Shown: piece after piece, positions 34,375-43,949 of the stretch
How the letters are laid out: each line of letters begins with the position of its first letter
How positions within the stretch are numbered: position 1 is the stretch's first letter
From: an uncultured Acidobacteriota bacterium
Lineage (GTDB): Bacteria > Acidobacteriota > Thermoanaerobaculia > Gp7-AA8
DNA: 64,000 nt
Reading direction: 5' to 3'
Assembly: GCA_963822445.1 (NCBI GenBank)
Contig: CAWGHO010000003.1
Span: 1,216,001 to 1,280,000, forward strand
Program-made: the position numbers and the translations under genes
Notes under the pieces: generated by a model
The model's database searches: none
What the model saw: only the letters and a program-made list of their open reading frames with translations
What the model was told of the DNA's origin: nothing

Positions 34375-35454
34375 TTAGCCGCCACCGCCTCCCGCGGGCG
34401 GACAGAGGGTGATGTCGTACGCACCTCGTCCGACGTTCAACCGGATGGCGTTGAGCAGATCGGACCAGAGTGTGGTCTGCGGATGGATCAACTCCCAGTT
34501 GACGGCCGGGTACGACTGGGCGCCGGGCGCGGCACCAGCACGCGGTACCAGCCGTGTTGCGGCCGCGGGCGGCGTGTCGGCGAGCTCGTAGTAATGCTCG
34601 AAATGTTTTCCGACTTCAGGCGTGGCCGTGCGGGGCGACGTCGCCGGTGGCACGAATGGCGGCAGATTCAGAACCGCAATCTCGACCTGGCCTTCCTCGT
34701 TCGGCTCGAGGAGCATCGAACGGCCGGCGCCGCCGTCGAACTGCGCCTCGACGATCTCGACACTGTCGCCGGAGATCGCGATTTCAGCGGCCATCCACGT
34801 TGCGACGGCCTGTGTGTAGGGAGACGCGCTCCCCTGGCCGTCGAGCCGCTTGAAGTGAACGGGGGTAACGTCGGTGCCGATTCGCGCGATTGAATAGGTG
34901 AAAACGTTGCCACTGCGGAGCCGCAGGCGTGCGGCGACGATGCCTGCCGGCGGCTGCGATCCGAGGACCGCGGGATTGAGCTCGCACGTGGGACAGAGCT
35001 GATCCAGATCGGCGAGCCAGGTGTAATCCTCGCGCTCTGCCGAAGTGGTGGGAATGATGCGCGGCTCGCCGTTGACCATCCCGCGAACGTTCTTGCGAAG
35101 GACGAGCGAGGGAAGATCAGGGTCGCTGGTGCTGCCTTTGCGGAGCGTGAGATCGGAGCCCACCAGCTCCCAGGCTCCACCGCCATCGACGGCCGCTTCG
35201 AGCGAGTCGAGCGCTACGGCGGTGGTCTGGTCGGCGAAGAGATACTCGGCGATGTCCGAGTCGCGCTTTGGACATTGTCCGGTGCAATTTCCGGCACGGG
35301 CCACGAGCAGCGGTTTGTGCTGGGCGAGGGTCGTGCCGTCGGAGACGTGATGAGCATGTTCAACGTTGAGGAGCAGGACGGTCAGTTCGGTTCCGTCCTC
35401 GCTCGGAATCAGCGCCATCAGGCCGCTGAAGAAGATTCGCAGAATGAATTCCAA
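34375..35454 (-). CDS. Hypothetical protein downstream of CHAT protease
   Basis: GGAGG RBS + TTG; MEFILRIFFSGL...; ends LCPPAGGGGG. Confidence 0.75.
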   Translation of the reverse strand: MEFILRIFFSGLMALIPSEDGTELTVLLLNVEHAHHVSDGTTLAQHKPLLVARAGNCTGQCPKRDSDIAEYLFADQTTAVALDSLEAAVDGGGAWELVGSDLTLRKGSTSDPDLPSLVLRKNVRGMVNGEPRIIPTTSAEREDYTWLADLDQLCPTCELNPAVLGSQPPAGIVAARLRLRSGNVFTYSIARIGTDVTPVHFKRLDGQGSASPYTQAVATWMAAEIAISGDSVEIVEAQFDGGAGRSMLLEPNEEGQVEIAVLNLPPFVPPATSPRTATPEVGKHFEHYYELADTPPAAATRLVPRAGAAPGAQSYPAVNWELIHPQTTLWSDLLNAIRLNVGRGAYDITLCPPAGGGGG

Positions 35455-38392
35455 GGGTATTCCTCCATGACTGTTGTTGCGGGGCCGCGAATGGTGACGA
35501 TGCATGACCGATCACCTGAAACGGGGCCCACGCAAGTGCCGATTTGAGAGCGGCGTTCTTGTTCCGGAGCAGCTCGCGTTGTGCGGCTTGCATCGCCGTC
35601 GCCGCGTCGCTGCCCTTCCTGTAGTGACGATGAAAAGACACCAGCAACGGCTCCGCTGTGGCGTCTCGTACGTCCCATAGGCTGCCGATTACGGCCGGAA
35701 CACCCGAGGCAAAGAACGGCCGCACGAGCGGCGCGATGCCTTCGGGACCAACAGAAAGCCCGCCGGCGCTGCTGCATGCCGACAGCACGGCGAGCCTGGT
35801 CTCATGGAGTTTCAGATCCTTTAGTAACTCATTGGCGTCAATTGCGCCGGAATGCTTTTCCGACAGGGCCAGAAGCAACAGCGATTGCCATGGTTCTTCG
35901 CCATTGGCAATGGCATGTCCCGCGAAATGGAGAATTTCGTGTCTCGACGCCATTGCGAACAATGCGGGCGCGGTTGCTTTCGCACCGACCAGAAGCTCGG
36001 CATGCGGTGCATAAAGCGCCTGGATGTCGCCGACTTCGCGCTGGGCTCCGGCGAGGGGGTGTAATCCGGTGGTAAACGGCAGCGTGCGATCGAATGCCGG
36101 GTCGCCAATCAGGAGAATCGACGGTCGTCGCGCCGGTTTCAGGGCGGCATCGCGCAACAAAGAGTAGATGTAGAGCGTCGCGCTCGCGGCGTTGGCGATC
36201 GGCGGTGGAAACTCGACGAGATGGCGTCGCGTGCGTGCATCTCGTAATGCCGCAAACGGCAACCCGTGCATCGGACCGTCGGGGACGAACACCAGCCGGG
36301 ACGGATTCCCGCCGCCGGGCATTTTCGCAATGACGGCGAGGGGCTCGGCAATCAGCCCGTCGAATGGCGCGGACAACTGCGACGTGAGCATGCGATCGTT
36401 TCCGCGCTCGGCGGCGTCCTGCAGCGCGCCGGTCCAACGCTCGACGTCGGCGCGCTTTGCCCGTTGCCGCACCAGCTGGAATCCGTCGCGCGAGATGATC
36501 CAGGTGTACGTTCGATCGGCCTGCACGTCGTATTGAAGGAGAAACGTGCCGGGTGGCAGGATCTCCTGGATGTCGCGCAACGCGATCGGTTGGCCGTCTT
36601 GTGCAAGGCGGCTGAAGGCGGACGGCGGGGACCCGTGATGCAGAATCAGGTCGAGCGTCTCGAAGGCGTGCGCCCGCTCGGCAACGGCGAATGCGCCTTG
36701 TGAGTCCCCCTGGTCGGCGAGCTGCCGGACGAGGCTTTCGTAGCTTTCGTCGAATCGCGAGAAATAGGTTCGCCAGATGGCCTCGCCCTGTCCGCGACTT
36801 CGTGTCGCGAGCACGCGCTCTTCTTCTTTTGCCAGGTCGGCCAGTGCATTCCGTAACTCGTCCTCAGCCGCTTTACGCTGTCCCGCACGGCGGTGCGCAT
36901 CGGCGAGCTGGGCATGAAGCGAGGCGCGAAACGTGAACTGTTCGTTCGGGTTCACTTTGCTCAACGCACGACTGAATTCCCGGACCGCGTCTGGCGGGTT
37001 GCGAAGCAGGGCACGACCGCGGACTTCATGCTCGCGAGCGCCGTATGCCTTGCGAATGTTCGCGTCCTCAGTTTGGACAGGCGCGAGCGCCTTTGCTCTC
37101 TCGAGATCCTGTTCGGCGAGATCGAGGCGGTCGAGGTAGATCGCGATTTTCGCGCGCTCGCGCAACGCGACGGCGAGGTTGTACGGATCCGCGCGCTCCA
37201 TCCGCCGTACCGCTTCGGACTGGTAGCGCCGGGCGATGTTCGGATAGCCCAGCGCCGCCGCCGTCATGGCAACCTCTCCGCGAAACAAGTGATCTGAGTA
37301 GGCCTGACCGATCGACGTTGCAAACCGCTTGGCCTTGAACGCCTCGCGCCAGGCCAACTTGTGCTGCCCAACGGTGCGGTAATAGCCGATGCGGTGGGCG
37401 TGAACATTGGCCTGGCTTTCCTGATCGCCGGAAGCCAGATATCCGCTCAACGCCGCCTCCGTCTCGCGAAACGCGTCGAGATACTTGCCCTCCTTGAAAT
37501 GAACGTAACCGCGGGTGTCCCGGATCCGCGCGACCAGATGCCGATAGTGACGGGCCCGGGCCTTCGACTCGATTTTCTGAAGGATGGTCAACGCCCCGGC
37601 CTGGCCAGAGAGCGCGATACGGATTGCGTCCCGCCGTTGCTTCTCGAGATCCAACGCCTCGGGCAACGTAAGGAGGTCGAGCGGATACCGGTCGTTCCCG
37701 AGCCGCTTCGACAATGCCTCTGCATTGACTTCAGGTTTTTTTCCGTTGATGAGCGCCGTTTCGAGCTCCTTGACGGCCGTCAGCGGCGAGTGGGTGACGA
37801 GGTCCTTCGATGCCGGGCTGGCGAGACGAGCTCGATGATCGCGCGCTTCCTCCGCCCATTCCGACTTGTCGTCGAGCTTCAGAAAGTCGTCCCAGGCGTC
37901 GATCGCTTCGCTTTCGAGTCCGAGCTCCTGAAGAATCAGTGCGTGATTGAAGCGCACCGCGGCGTCTCGGGGAGAGGCGGCCACCGCGTGTTCCACCGGC
38001 CCTAGCGCCTCGAGCAGGTCGAGCGGACGGTCCCTGATTTGCGCGCGTACGTAAAGCGCCGCTGCGAGGTCACTGCCGGCAGCCGCATCCCCGAGCGCGA
38101 ACTGCTTCAACGCTGCAATGGCTTCGTCGGGACATGAGGGGAGCGCGAGGAGGGCACGCTCGCGCGTGGCGAGAATGCCGTCGCAGGAAACGCGCGGTGG
38201 CGGAGTTCCGCATTGCGCCTGCGCGACCACCCGTTCGCCAGTCAGCGATTTCGTGCACGAATTCCAGGTCCTGGTGCTGCTCAATCGCGGCTCGGCCCAA
38301 CGCCCGGAATCGCTCGGGACCGTGTCTTCTCTAGAGCAGGCAGCGATGCAGAGAGCACAGACGATGACCCAGAGTTTTCTCACGAGTGCCAT
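35360..38392 (-). CDS. TPR-CHAT domain protease with lipoprotein-like signal
   Basis: LCIAAC lipobox-like; TPR-like helices; FVPDGPMHGLPFAAL, LHFAGHA (His), LSACSS (Cys), VIGSLWDV, WAPF. Confidence 0.92.
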   Translation of the reverse strand: MALVRKLWVIVCALCIAACSREDTVPSDSGRWAEPRLSSTRTWNSCTKSLTGERVVAQAQCGTPPPRVSCDGILATRERALLALPSCPDEAIAALKQFALGDAAAGSDLAAALYVRAQIRDRPLDLLEALGPVEHAVAASPRDAAVRFNHALILQELGLESEAIDAWDDFLKLDDKSEWAEEARDHRARLASPASKDLVTHSPLTAVKELETALINGKKPEVNAEALSKRLGNDRYPLDLLTLPEALDLEKQRRDAIRIALSGQAGALTILQKIESKARARHYRHLVARIRDTRGYVHFKEGKYLDAFRETEAALSGYLASGDQESQANVHAHRIGYYRTVGQHKLAWREAFKAKRFATSIGQAYSDHLFRGEVAMTAAALGYPNIARRYQSEAVRRMERADPYNLAVALRERAKIAIYLDRLDLAEQDLERAKALAPVQTEDANIRKAYGAREHEVRGRALLRNPPDAVREFSRALSKVNPNEQFTFRASLHAQLADAHRRAGQRKAAEDELRNALADLAKEEERVLATRSRGQGEAIWRTYFSRFDESYESLVRQLADQGDSQGAFAVAERAHAFETLDLILHHGSPPSAFSRLAQDGQPIALRDIQEILPPGTFLLQYDVQADRTYTWIISRDGFQLVRQRAKRADVERWTGALQDAAERGNDRMLTSQLSAPFDGLIAEPLAVIAKMPGGGNPSRLVFVPDGPMHGLPFAALRDARTRRHLVEFPPPIANAASATLYIYSLLRDAALKPARRPSILLIGDPAFDRTLPFTTGLHPLAGAQREVGDIQALYAPHAELLVGAKATAPALFAMASRHEILHFAGHAIANGEEPWQSLLLLALSEKHSGAIDANELLKDLKLHETRLAVLSACSSAGGLSVGPEGIAPLVRPFFASGVPAVIGSLWDVRDATAEPLLVSFHRHYRKGSDAATAMQAAQRELLRNKNAALKSALAWAPFQVIGHASSPFAAPQQQSWRNTLGIHSANLLQRPDGADSERGRNRTDRPAPQR

Positions 38393-38425
38393 ACGATACG
38401 CGCTTCCGGAAGGCGGGACCGAGTG

Positions 38426-38995
38426 ATGCGGTTCGTGCAAAACGGTGGGAACCGGGACGAGCTGTTTCGTTCTCTCTACGAAAAGTATTTTCGCCGGTTG
38501 ATCGGGTTCCTGATCCGCGCGTTTCGTATCTCCGAGGAGGATGCCGAGGAGCTGGCGCAGGACGCGTTCATCCGCTTTTACGAGGCGATGGACGAATATC
38601 GCGGCGAGGCGGAATGGGCGTTCCTTCAGAAGATCGCCACGAATGTCGCGCTGAACCGAATCCGTTCGCTGCACACCGCCAAGCGACAAGGCACCAGCGT
38701 CAATATCGATGACGCCGACCTGAGACGGGTATCGGCCGCACGCGAAGAGGCTCCGGATCACGCCGAGCGCCAGCAGATCGCCCTCCGGCGGAAGCGGCTC
38801 CACGACGCGATCGCCGAGCTTCCAGCGGGCCAGCGACAGTGTCTGCAGCTCTGGCTCGACGAGTTCCAATATGACGAGATCGCGAGGGTCCTTCGGATCA
38901 CGATGGACGCCGTGCGATCGAGAATCCGCGATGCCAGGAAAGCACTGCGGGCAAGACTGGGAGATGACGGCATACTCCCGGAGGACAACGAATGA
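38426..38995 (+). CDS. ECF RNA polymerase sigma factor
   Basis: DAEELAQDAFIR...IATNVALNRIR...LPAGQRQC...YDEIA...VRSRIRDAR. Confidence 0.92.
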   Translation: MRFVQNGGNRDELFRSLYEKYFRRLIGFLIRAFRISEEDAEELAQDAFIRFYEAMDEYRGEAEWAFLQKIATNVALNRIRSLHTAKRQGTSVNIDDADLRRVSAAREEAPDHAERQQIALRRKRLHDAIAELPAGQRQCLQLWLDEFQYDEIARVLRITMDAVRSRIRDARKALRARLGDDGILPEDNE

Positions 38996-39735
38996 TCCCG
39001 AAAGCAGAATGGCAATCAGTGAGTCATGACCTGATGGCGGAGAGACGTACCGACGCCGGCGATCCGCCGACGGCCGACCAGATCCTGGCGTACACCCGCG
39101 GCGAGCTGTCCGGCGAGGATGAAGAACGGGTACGCGAGCTGCTCGTCTGTTACCCCGAGCTCGCGCGCACGCTGACCGAGCCTGTCCCGGACCCCAGACC
39201 CGGCGAACCGGGTTACCTCTCCGAAAACGAGCTCACGCAACGGTGGATGGCGCTGCAGCAGCGCATCGGAATGAGCTCCGCGCCGCGCGAACAGGGTCGT
39301 GCGCTTCAGATCTGGCGGGCCCTCGCTGCGGTCGCTGCGGCGGTCGCACTCGTTTCGAGCGCCATGCTCTGGGACGCGCGCAACCGGCTTGCCGAGCCGC
39401 GCCTCATCACTGACATGGTGGACGTGCAATCGCCGGTCTCCCGGGGTCCCGGCAGTACCGCCATCATCTCGTCCGCAAGTGGGAAGTCGGTTCTACTGAC
39501 CCTGCAACTGACCGATACCCGCTTCTCGGCGTACCGCGTCGAGATTTCCGACGCCAGCGCGACGCCGCCTCGATCGCTGTGGCGAAGTGCACTGGTGGAA
39601 ATTCCGGAAAGCGGCATCCTTTCAATCGTCGTCCCCCATGCGTTCCTGCCGAACGGCCGATATCAGATCGACGTCTACGGCCGAGCGGGGGATGGCGAGC
39701 AGCACGTGGAGATGTACGCCGTGCAGTGGCGTTGA
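38992..39735 (+). CDS. Putative single-TM anti-sigma factor
   Basis: ATGA-coupled to sigma; degenerate zf-HC-like N-terminus (ILAYTRGELS..EERVRELL..P), TM helix, extracytoplasmic domain. Confidence 0.75.
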   Translation: MIPKAEWQSVSHDLMAERRTDAGDPPTADQILAYTRGELSGEDEERVRELLVCYPELARTLTEPVPDPRPGEPGYLSENELTQRWMALQQRIGMSSAPREQGRALQIWRALAAVAAAVALVSSAMLWDARNRLAEPRLITDMVDVQSPVSRGPGSTAIISSASGKSVLLTLQLTDTRFSAYRVEISDASATPPRSLWRSALVEIPESGILSIVVPHAFLPNGRYQIDVYGRAGDGEQHVEMYAVQWR

Positions 39736-39742
39736 CGAAATC

Positions 39743-40156
39743 TCACTTCCCCTGCACCACCACCCACACGCCCGCGACGGTGAGCGCCAGTCCCGCCACG
39801 CGGGTGAAGTCGAATTGCCGGTCGATGAGCATCGCCGCGAGGAGTTGCGCGGCGACGGTCACGACCAGCGTGCGGGCCAGGCCGAGGCGGGGGGCGGCGT
39901 AGCCGATGCCGGCGACGATCACCAGGCCGAATGCGCCGGCGGACCAGGCGTACCAGGGGATCTGTTTCACGCCCTCGAGCGGACGCCCTTTCAACAGCCA
40001 GACGATCGCCGCGATGATCGCGCCGAGGCCGTAGGTGATGAGGACGCTGGTGGCCGTGCCGGCGAGGCGGTCCATCGTTCCCATGAACTGTCCTTGAATG
40101 GCAACGGCGATTCCGGCGAGGGCGGCGATGAGGAGGAGCAGGAAGAGGCTCGGCAT
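39743..40156 (-). CDS. DMT-family small transporter
   Basis: AGIAVAIQG...PWYAWSAGAFG...AQLLAAMLID. Confidence 0.85.
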   Translation of the reverse strand: MPSLFLLLLIAALAGIAVAIQGQFMGTMDRLAGTATSVLITYGLGAIIAAIVWLLKGRPLEGVKQIPWYAWSAGAFGLVIVAGIGYAAPRLGLARTLVVTVAAQLLAAMLIDRQFDFTRVAGLALTVAGVWVVVQGK

Positions 40157-40369
40157 CGGGAAAGGATAGCGGTCGCGGGCGATAAATCCTTATCGGAGAA
40201 AGGTTTTCGCTCTCGCGCGTGTTACCATGCACGAGTGAGGAAACTTCCTCATCCTTCAGTCCGCTGAACTAAGTCAGCGTCCTGGACCCACCTTCTTAGA
40301 GTTCCCACAACATCTTTACGCGTGAAGCGCAAGGATCGCGGCTCGGCCGGTCGACGGCCAGGAGTATTG

Positions 40370-40651
40370 ATGAAACTGCACATCGGAAATCTCTCGAAGG
40401 ACATGACTGAAGCACAGCTCAAAGACCTCGTTACGCCGTTCGGCGAGACCACCACGGTCGAGCTGGCGACGGATCGCGGCGGCGCGTCGAAGGGCTTTGG
40501 CTTCGCCGAGTACGGCAATGCCGATCATGCCCGCGCGGCCATCAGCGGTCTCGACGGCAAGGAAGTCAACGGACAGGCGATCAAAGTGAGCGAGGCCCGC
40601 CCGCGCAAGAGCGACGCCCCGTCGACCCCCGCACCGGCCTCCCAGGCCTGA
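40370..40651 (+). CDS. RRM RNA-binding protein
   Basis: RNP2 LHIGNL, RNP1 KGFGFAEY. Confidence 0.92.
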   Translation: MKLHIGNLSKDMTEAQLKDLVTPFGETTTVELATDRGGASKGFGFAEYGNADHARAAISGLDGKEVNGQAIKVSEARPRKSDAPSTPAPASQA

Positions 40652-40668
40652 ACTCAAACGGAGAACAG

Positions 40669-40893
40669 ATGAAAAAAGCACCCACTGCCGCACCGGTTCG
40701 CAAGACCAAAGTCTCGATTTCTGAACTGAACATCAGAAAAACCGCGTCACGTCTGCTGACCGTCAAGCTGGTCTCGACCGAGATCGGCTACGTCCAGCGG
40801 GTTCTTGGCAACACCGCCACGCAGGAAGAGCTCGACGAGAAAGTCCTCGCCGTGCGCCGCCTGCCGTGGGCCGACATCGCGATCGCCGACTAG
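40669..40893 (+). CDS. Small hypothetical protein
   Basis: GGAGA RBS; 74 aa; co-oriented with the RRM gene. Confidence 0.6.
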   Translation: MKKAPTAAPVRKTKVSISELNIRKTASRLLTVKLVSTEIGYVQRVLGNTATQEELDEKVLAVRRLPWADIAIAD

Positions 40894-42386
40894 TCGTAGC
40901 GCGCGTCGGCGAACCACGCCGACGCGCCTTCCGCCTGGTAGACGCGGTAAACGCCGCCTTTCTCCAGTTCCACATCCCAGTACTCCCGCGCGGCGGGAGC
41001 ATCGCTCCACCAGGACGATTCGATCTTCCATGGTCCGGACGACGCGCGCACCGGTCCTGACAGATCGCCCTCTCCATTGATTGACGTGATCTGCGTTTCG
41101 CCGCCGGCCTCGCGGGTGATCACCTCGATCGGGACCGGCGGACGGAAGACGCGCACCGCGAGAAGGCCGCGGCTTTTCTCCGGCTTCGCTCGCGTCGTCG
41201 GCGGAGGTGGCGGCGCGTAATCGCCGATCGCGTACCGCTCCGGCAGATGTCCATCGACGGCCATGGCCATGCCCACGCGGCCGTCGCCGAGGAGTGAGAC
41301 CAGGCGGGCGATCGTCGTGGCGAGCTTCTCCGGCGAAAGCGCGGGAGGACCGAACAGCGAGAGTTGCGCGCGGCGCGGACGATCGGGATGCGCGACGAGC
41401 GTGAATGCCGTTACCGGCGCGCCGGGCGGATTCTTTTCCAGATCGAGACGCAGCAGCGTCAGCATCGTTTTCACGTCGCGCGTCGGCGCGGGAAGATCGA
41501 TGCCCCGCGCGTAAAAACCATCCGGCTCGAGGTTGAGCGTCAGCTCGAGACGCTTGCAGGCGAAGCCCTGCATCTCCATCCGCTTCGACAATCGGTCCAG
41601 CGCGGCATTGGCGATGAAGCAGAACGGCTCGAGCGCGACCAGCGGCCACTCCAGCTCCATCCCCTCGCGAAAATCGGGCGGCAGCGGGCGGGGGATCAGC
41701 GGACGGGGATCGATGCCGCGCGCGGCGTAATGGAGCTCGCGTCCGATCTCGCCGAGGCGGCTCGCTACTTCGCTTTCCGGAAGATTGGCGAGCTCGCCGA
41801 TCGAGGCGATGCCCCAGCGATGAAGCGTCGACGCCGCGTCGAGCTGCGGCGTCAATCGCGTCAATGGAAGTGGTGCGAGGAACTCCGATTCCTTTCCCGC
41901 CTCGACGATCGTCGGCGCCTTCGGCAGCTCCGCGGCCACGCGCGCGGCGAGCTTGCTCGCGGCGATGCCGACGCGCGCCGGCAGCCCGACACCTTCCGCG
42001 GCGCGCATCGCCGCGGTGGCGAGATCGCGCTCGGTCGCGAAGTGGCGGGTCATGCCGGCGATGTCGACGTAGATCACGCCTTCGCCGGCATCTTCGACGC
42101 GCGGCGAGAACGTCTCCGCGACTTCGAAGAGGGCCTCCTGCGCGGTGCGCTCGCATTCGCTGTCGCGTCCGCGGGCAATGACCTTCGGCAGAATCGAGCG
42201 GGCCTGGGCGAGCGAGAGCCCGGCGCCGATTCCTTTCGTTCGCGCGCGGCGCGTGGCCGCGACGACGTGCGCGTTGTTGCCGTTCCCTTCGACGATGACC
42301 AGTGCTTCCTGCAACAGCTCCGGTTCGCTCCGCAAACGCGCGGCGAGCGGGAACATCGGAACGAAGAAACAGGCGATGCGCGTCAT
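40890..42386 (-). CDS. imuB: Y-family polymerase-like ImuB
   Basis: FSPRVED, GIAASKLAAR, QLSLF clamp motif, GPWKIESSWW...REYW. Confidence 0.9.
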   Translation of the reverse strand: MTRIACFFVPMFPLAARLRSEPELLQEALVIVEGNGNNAHVVAATRRARTKGIGAGLSLAQARSILPKVIARGRDSECERTAQEALFEVAETFSPRVEDAGEGVIYVDIAGMTRHFATERDLATAAMRAAEGVGLPARVGIAASKLAARVAAELPKAPTIVEAGKESEFLAPLPLTRLTPQLDAASTLHRWGIASIGELANLPESEVASRLGEIGRELHYAARGIDPRPLIPRPLPPDFREGMELEWPLVALEPFCFIANAALDRLSKRMEMQGFACKRLELTLNLEPDGFYARGIDLPAPTRDVKTMLTLLRLDLEKNPPGAPVTAFTLVAHPDRPRRAQLSLFGPPALSPEKLATTIARLVSLLGDGRVGMAMAVDGHLPERYAIGDYAPPPPPTTRAKPEKSRGLLAVRVFRPPVPIEVITREAGGETQITSINGEGDLSGPVRASSGPWKIESSWWSDAPAAREYWDVELEKGGVYRVYQAEGASAWFADARYD

Positions 42387-43192
42387 TGGAAGTTGAAGAT
42401 CAGCGTCGCCGTCGATCCCGGTTTCAAATGGCGGTGCTTCTCCAGCGTCACCGTCATCGCCACGCCCGCCAGCAGCCGCGGGCGCGTTCCGATCCATTTC
42501 GCGCGCGCCACGTGAGCCTTCACCACGGCTTCGCTCGCCGTCGCGGTCAGTGGATAGGGTGAGGAGATGAGCATGGCCGTACCGCACGTCTCCGCGGTTC
42601 GCGCCAGCCGCACCCAAGCCGCCTCGGGCGCCCGCCGCCCGCGCAGCGGATGCAGGCCGGTGTCGACGACGACGAGTTGGAAGCCGGTGGCGGTGATCAT
42701 CTCCGCGCTCATCACCGCTTCTTTCACCGTTCGGGGGCGGACCCAGAGCAGGCGCCGCAGATCGACGCCGTTCGCCGCGGCGAGCTGGGGATCGAAGTGA
42801 TCGCCGAGGTCGATGAGGGCCACGGCTTCGCCCATGGTCGTGCCGGCGGCGAGGGCGGACAGGACGATCGAGTAGCGCCCCGCGGCGCGTCGCGAGACCA
42901 GCTCCACCAGTTTTCCTCGCTGCAGACCTCCGCCGAGGAGGGCATCGAGCGGCCCGAGCGTCGTGGGGATGACCGGCGCGCGGTCGCTATTGACTACGCG
43001 GCGGAGCAGCTCCGCGCCACTGCGGACCCGGGCGGCGACCGACGGATCGAGCGCGGCCCGGAGCTGGCGGAGGGCCTCGCTCTCTCCCTGTTCTACGGGC
43101 GGTGGAGGGGGGACCAGGGTGGGGGTGGGGCGGCCCGGCTTGAGATCGAGGAGCTGGAACTGCCAGTCGAGAGAACGCGCCGCCGCAACCAC
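42383..43192 (-). CDS. imuA: RecA-like ImuA
   Basis: LDALLGGGLQRGKLVEL, degenerate Walker A, ALID...FDP...GVDLRRLL. Confidence 0.85.
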   Translation of the reverse strand: MVAAARSLDWQFQLLDLKPGRPTPTLVPPPPPVEQGESEALRQLRAALDPSVAARVRSGAELLRRVVNSDRAPVIPTTLGPLDALLGGGLQRGKLVELVSRRAAGRYSIVLSALAAGTTMGEAVALIDLGDHFDPQLAAANGVDLRRLLWVRPRTVKEAVMSAEMITATGFQLVVVDTGLHPLRGRRAPEAAWVRLARTAETCGTAMLISSPYPLTATASEAVVKAHVARAKWIGTRPRLLAGVAMTVTLEKHRHLKPGSTATLIFNFQ

Positions 43193-43288
43193 CGGCTACA
43201 ACATATGGCGGTAATGGGGCGTAATCAAGTGAGGAGATCCTGCCTACTACCTTGTGGCGGTCCGCCGCCACATCGCGTGCGCCGCAAC

Positions 43289-43687
43289 TCACGACGCCCG
43301 TCGCACCCGCTCCCGCACGTTCACCGACTCCGGATCGACTTTGCCCAGTTTCACCAGCCTGCTGTTGATCGCGCCGGTGGTCCGGCCGTGGAGCCGGGCG
43401 ATCTCCGCGACGGAGACGCCGCCGTCGAATTCGTCGCAGAGCAGGGTGTCTTCCTGCTCCGTCCAGCGTGCACCGGCGGCCTGCGGCCGGCTCTTGGTGG
43501 CAGGCGCGGGGATCGCGACGATCGGCGGTGCGGCCGTCGCGTTCGTCCGCAGGGCGTTGGCGGCCGTGAAGAAGGCCCGGATGACGTCCGGCGAGTGGAA
43601 GACATCGTTCGGGATGGTTTCCCCGGTCTTCGGATCCACACCAGCGGCCACCGCGTCGAGTATCGAGATCACCTGTTGAATCTGCAT
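43289..43687 (-). CDS. Hypothetical protein with C-terminal HTH/Myb-like motif
   Basis: GVDPKTGE...GARWTEQED...EIARLHGRTTGAINSRL; AGGAGG RBS. Confidence 0.75.
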   Translation of the reverse strand: MQIQQVISILDAVAAGVDPKTGETIPNDVFHSPDVIRAFFTAANALRTNATAAPPIVAIPAPATKSRPQAAGARWTEQEDTLLCDEFDGGVSVAEIARLHGRTTGAINSRLVKLGKVDPESVNVRERVRRAS

Positions 43688-43949
43688 GTTTCCTCCTTGA
43701 ACCGAGGCTACCTCGGCCGGTCAAGAGGCCCCACGACAGGTAGACATGGACAAAAAGGCGGCTGGGTCCGAAACGGACCAAAGGTTCCGGAATCGATGGG
43801 CGCGATGCTGATCCATGGCGCAGTTCATGATCCACTTGGAAATTGGTGGCTCGTTTAGAATCAACAACTTACGAGCTGCGCTTCGGTGGCACTGACGCTG
43901 CTCTAGGGACCGCATCCCGCCCCGGACAAACTTAACAGGAGAAAATTGA

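Noticed and set aside
35360-38869. 1169-aa CHAT ORF starting at 38869
   Set aside because: The first ~160 codons are antisense to the sigma gene; ATG 38392 gives a signal-peptide-like start.
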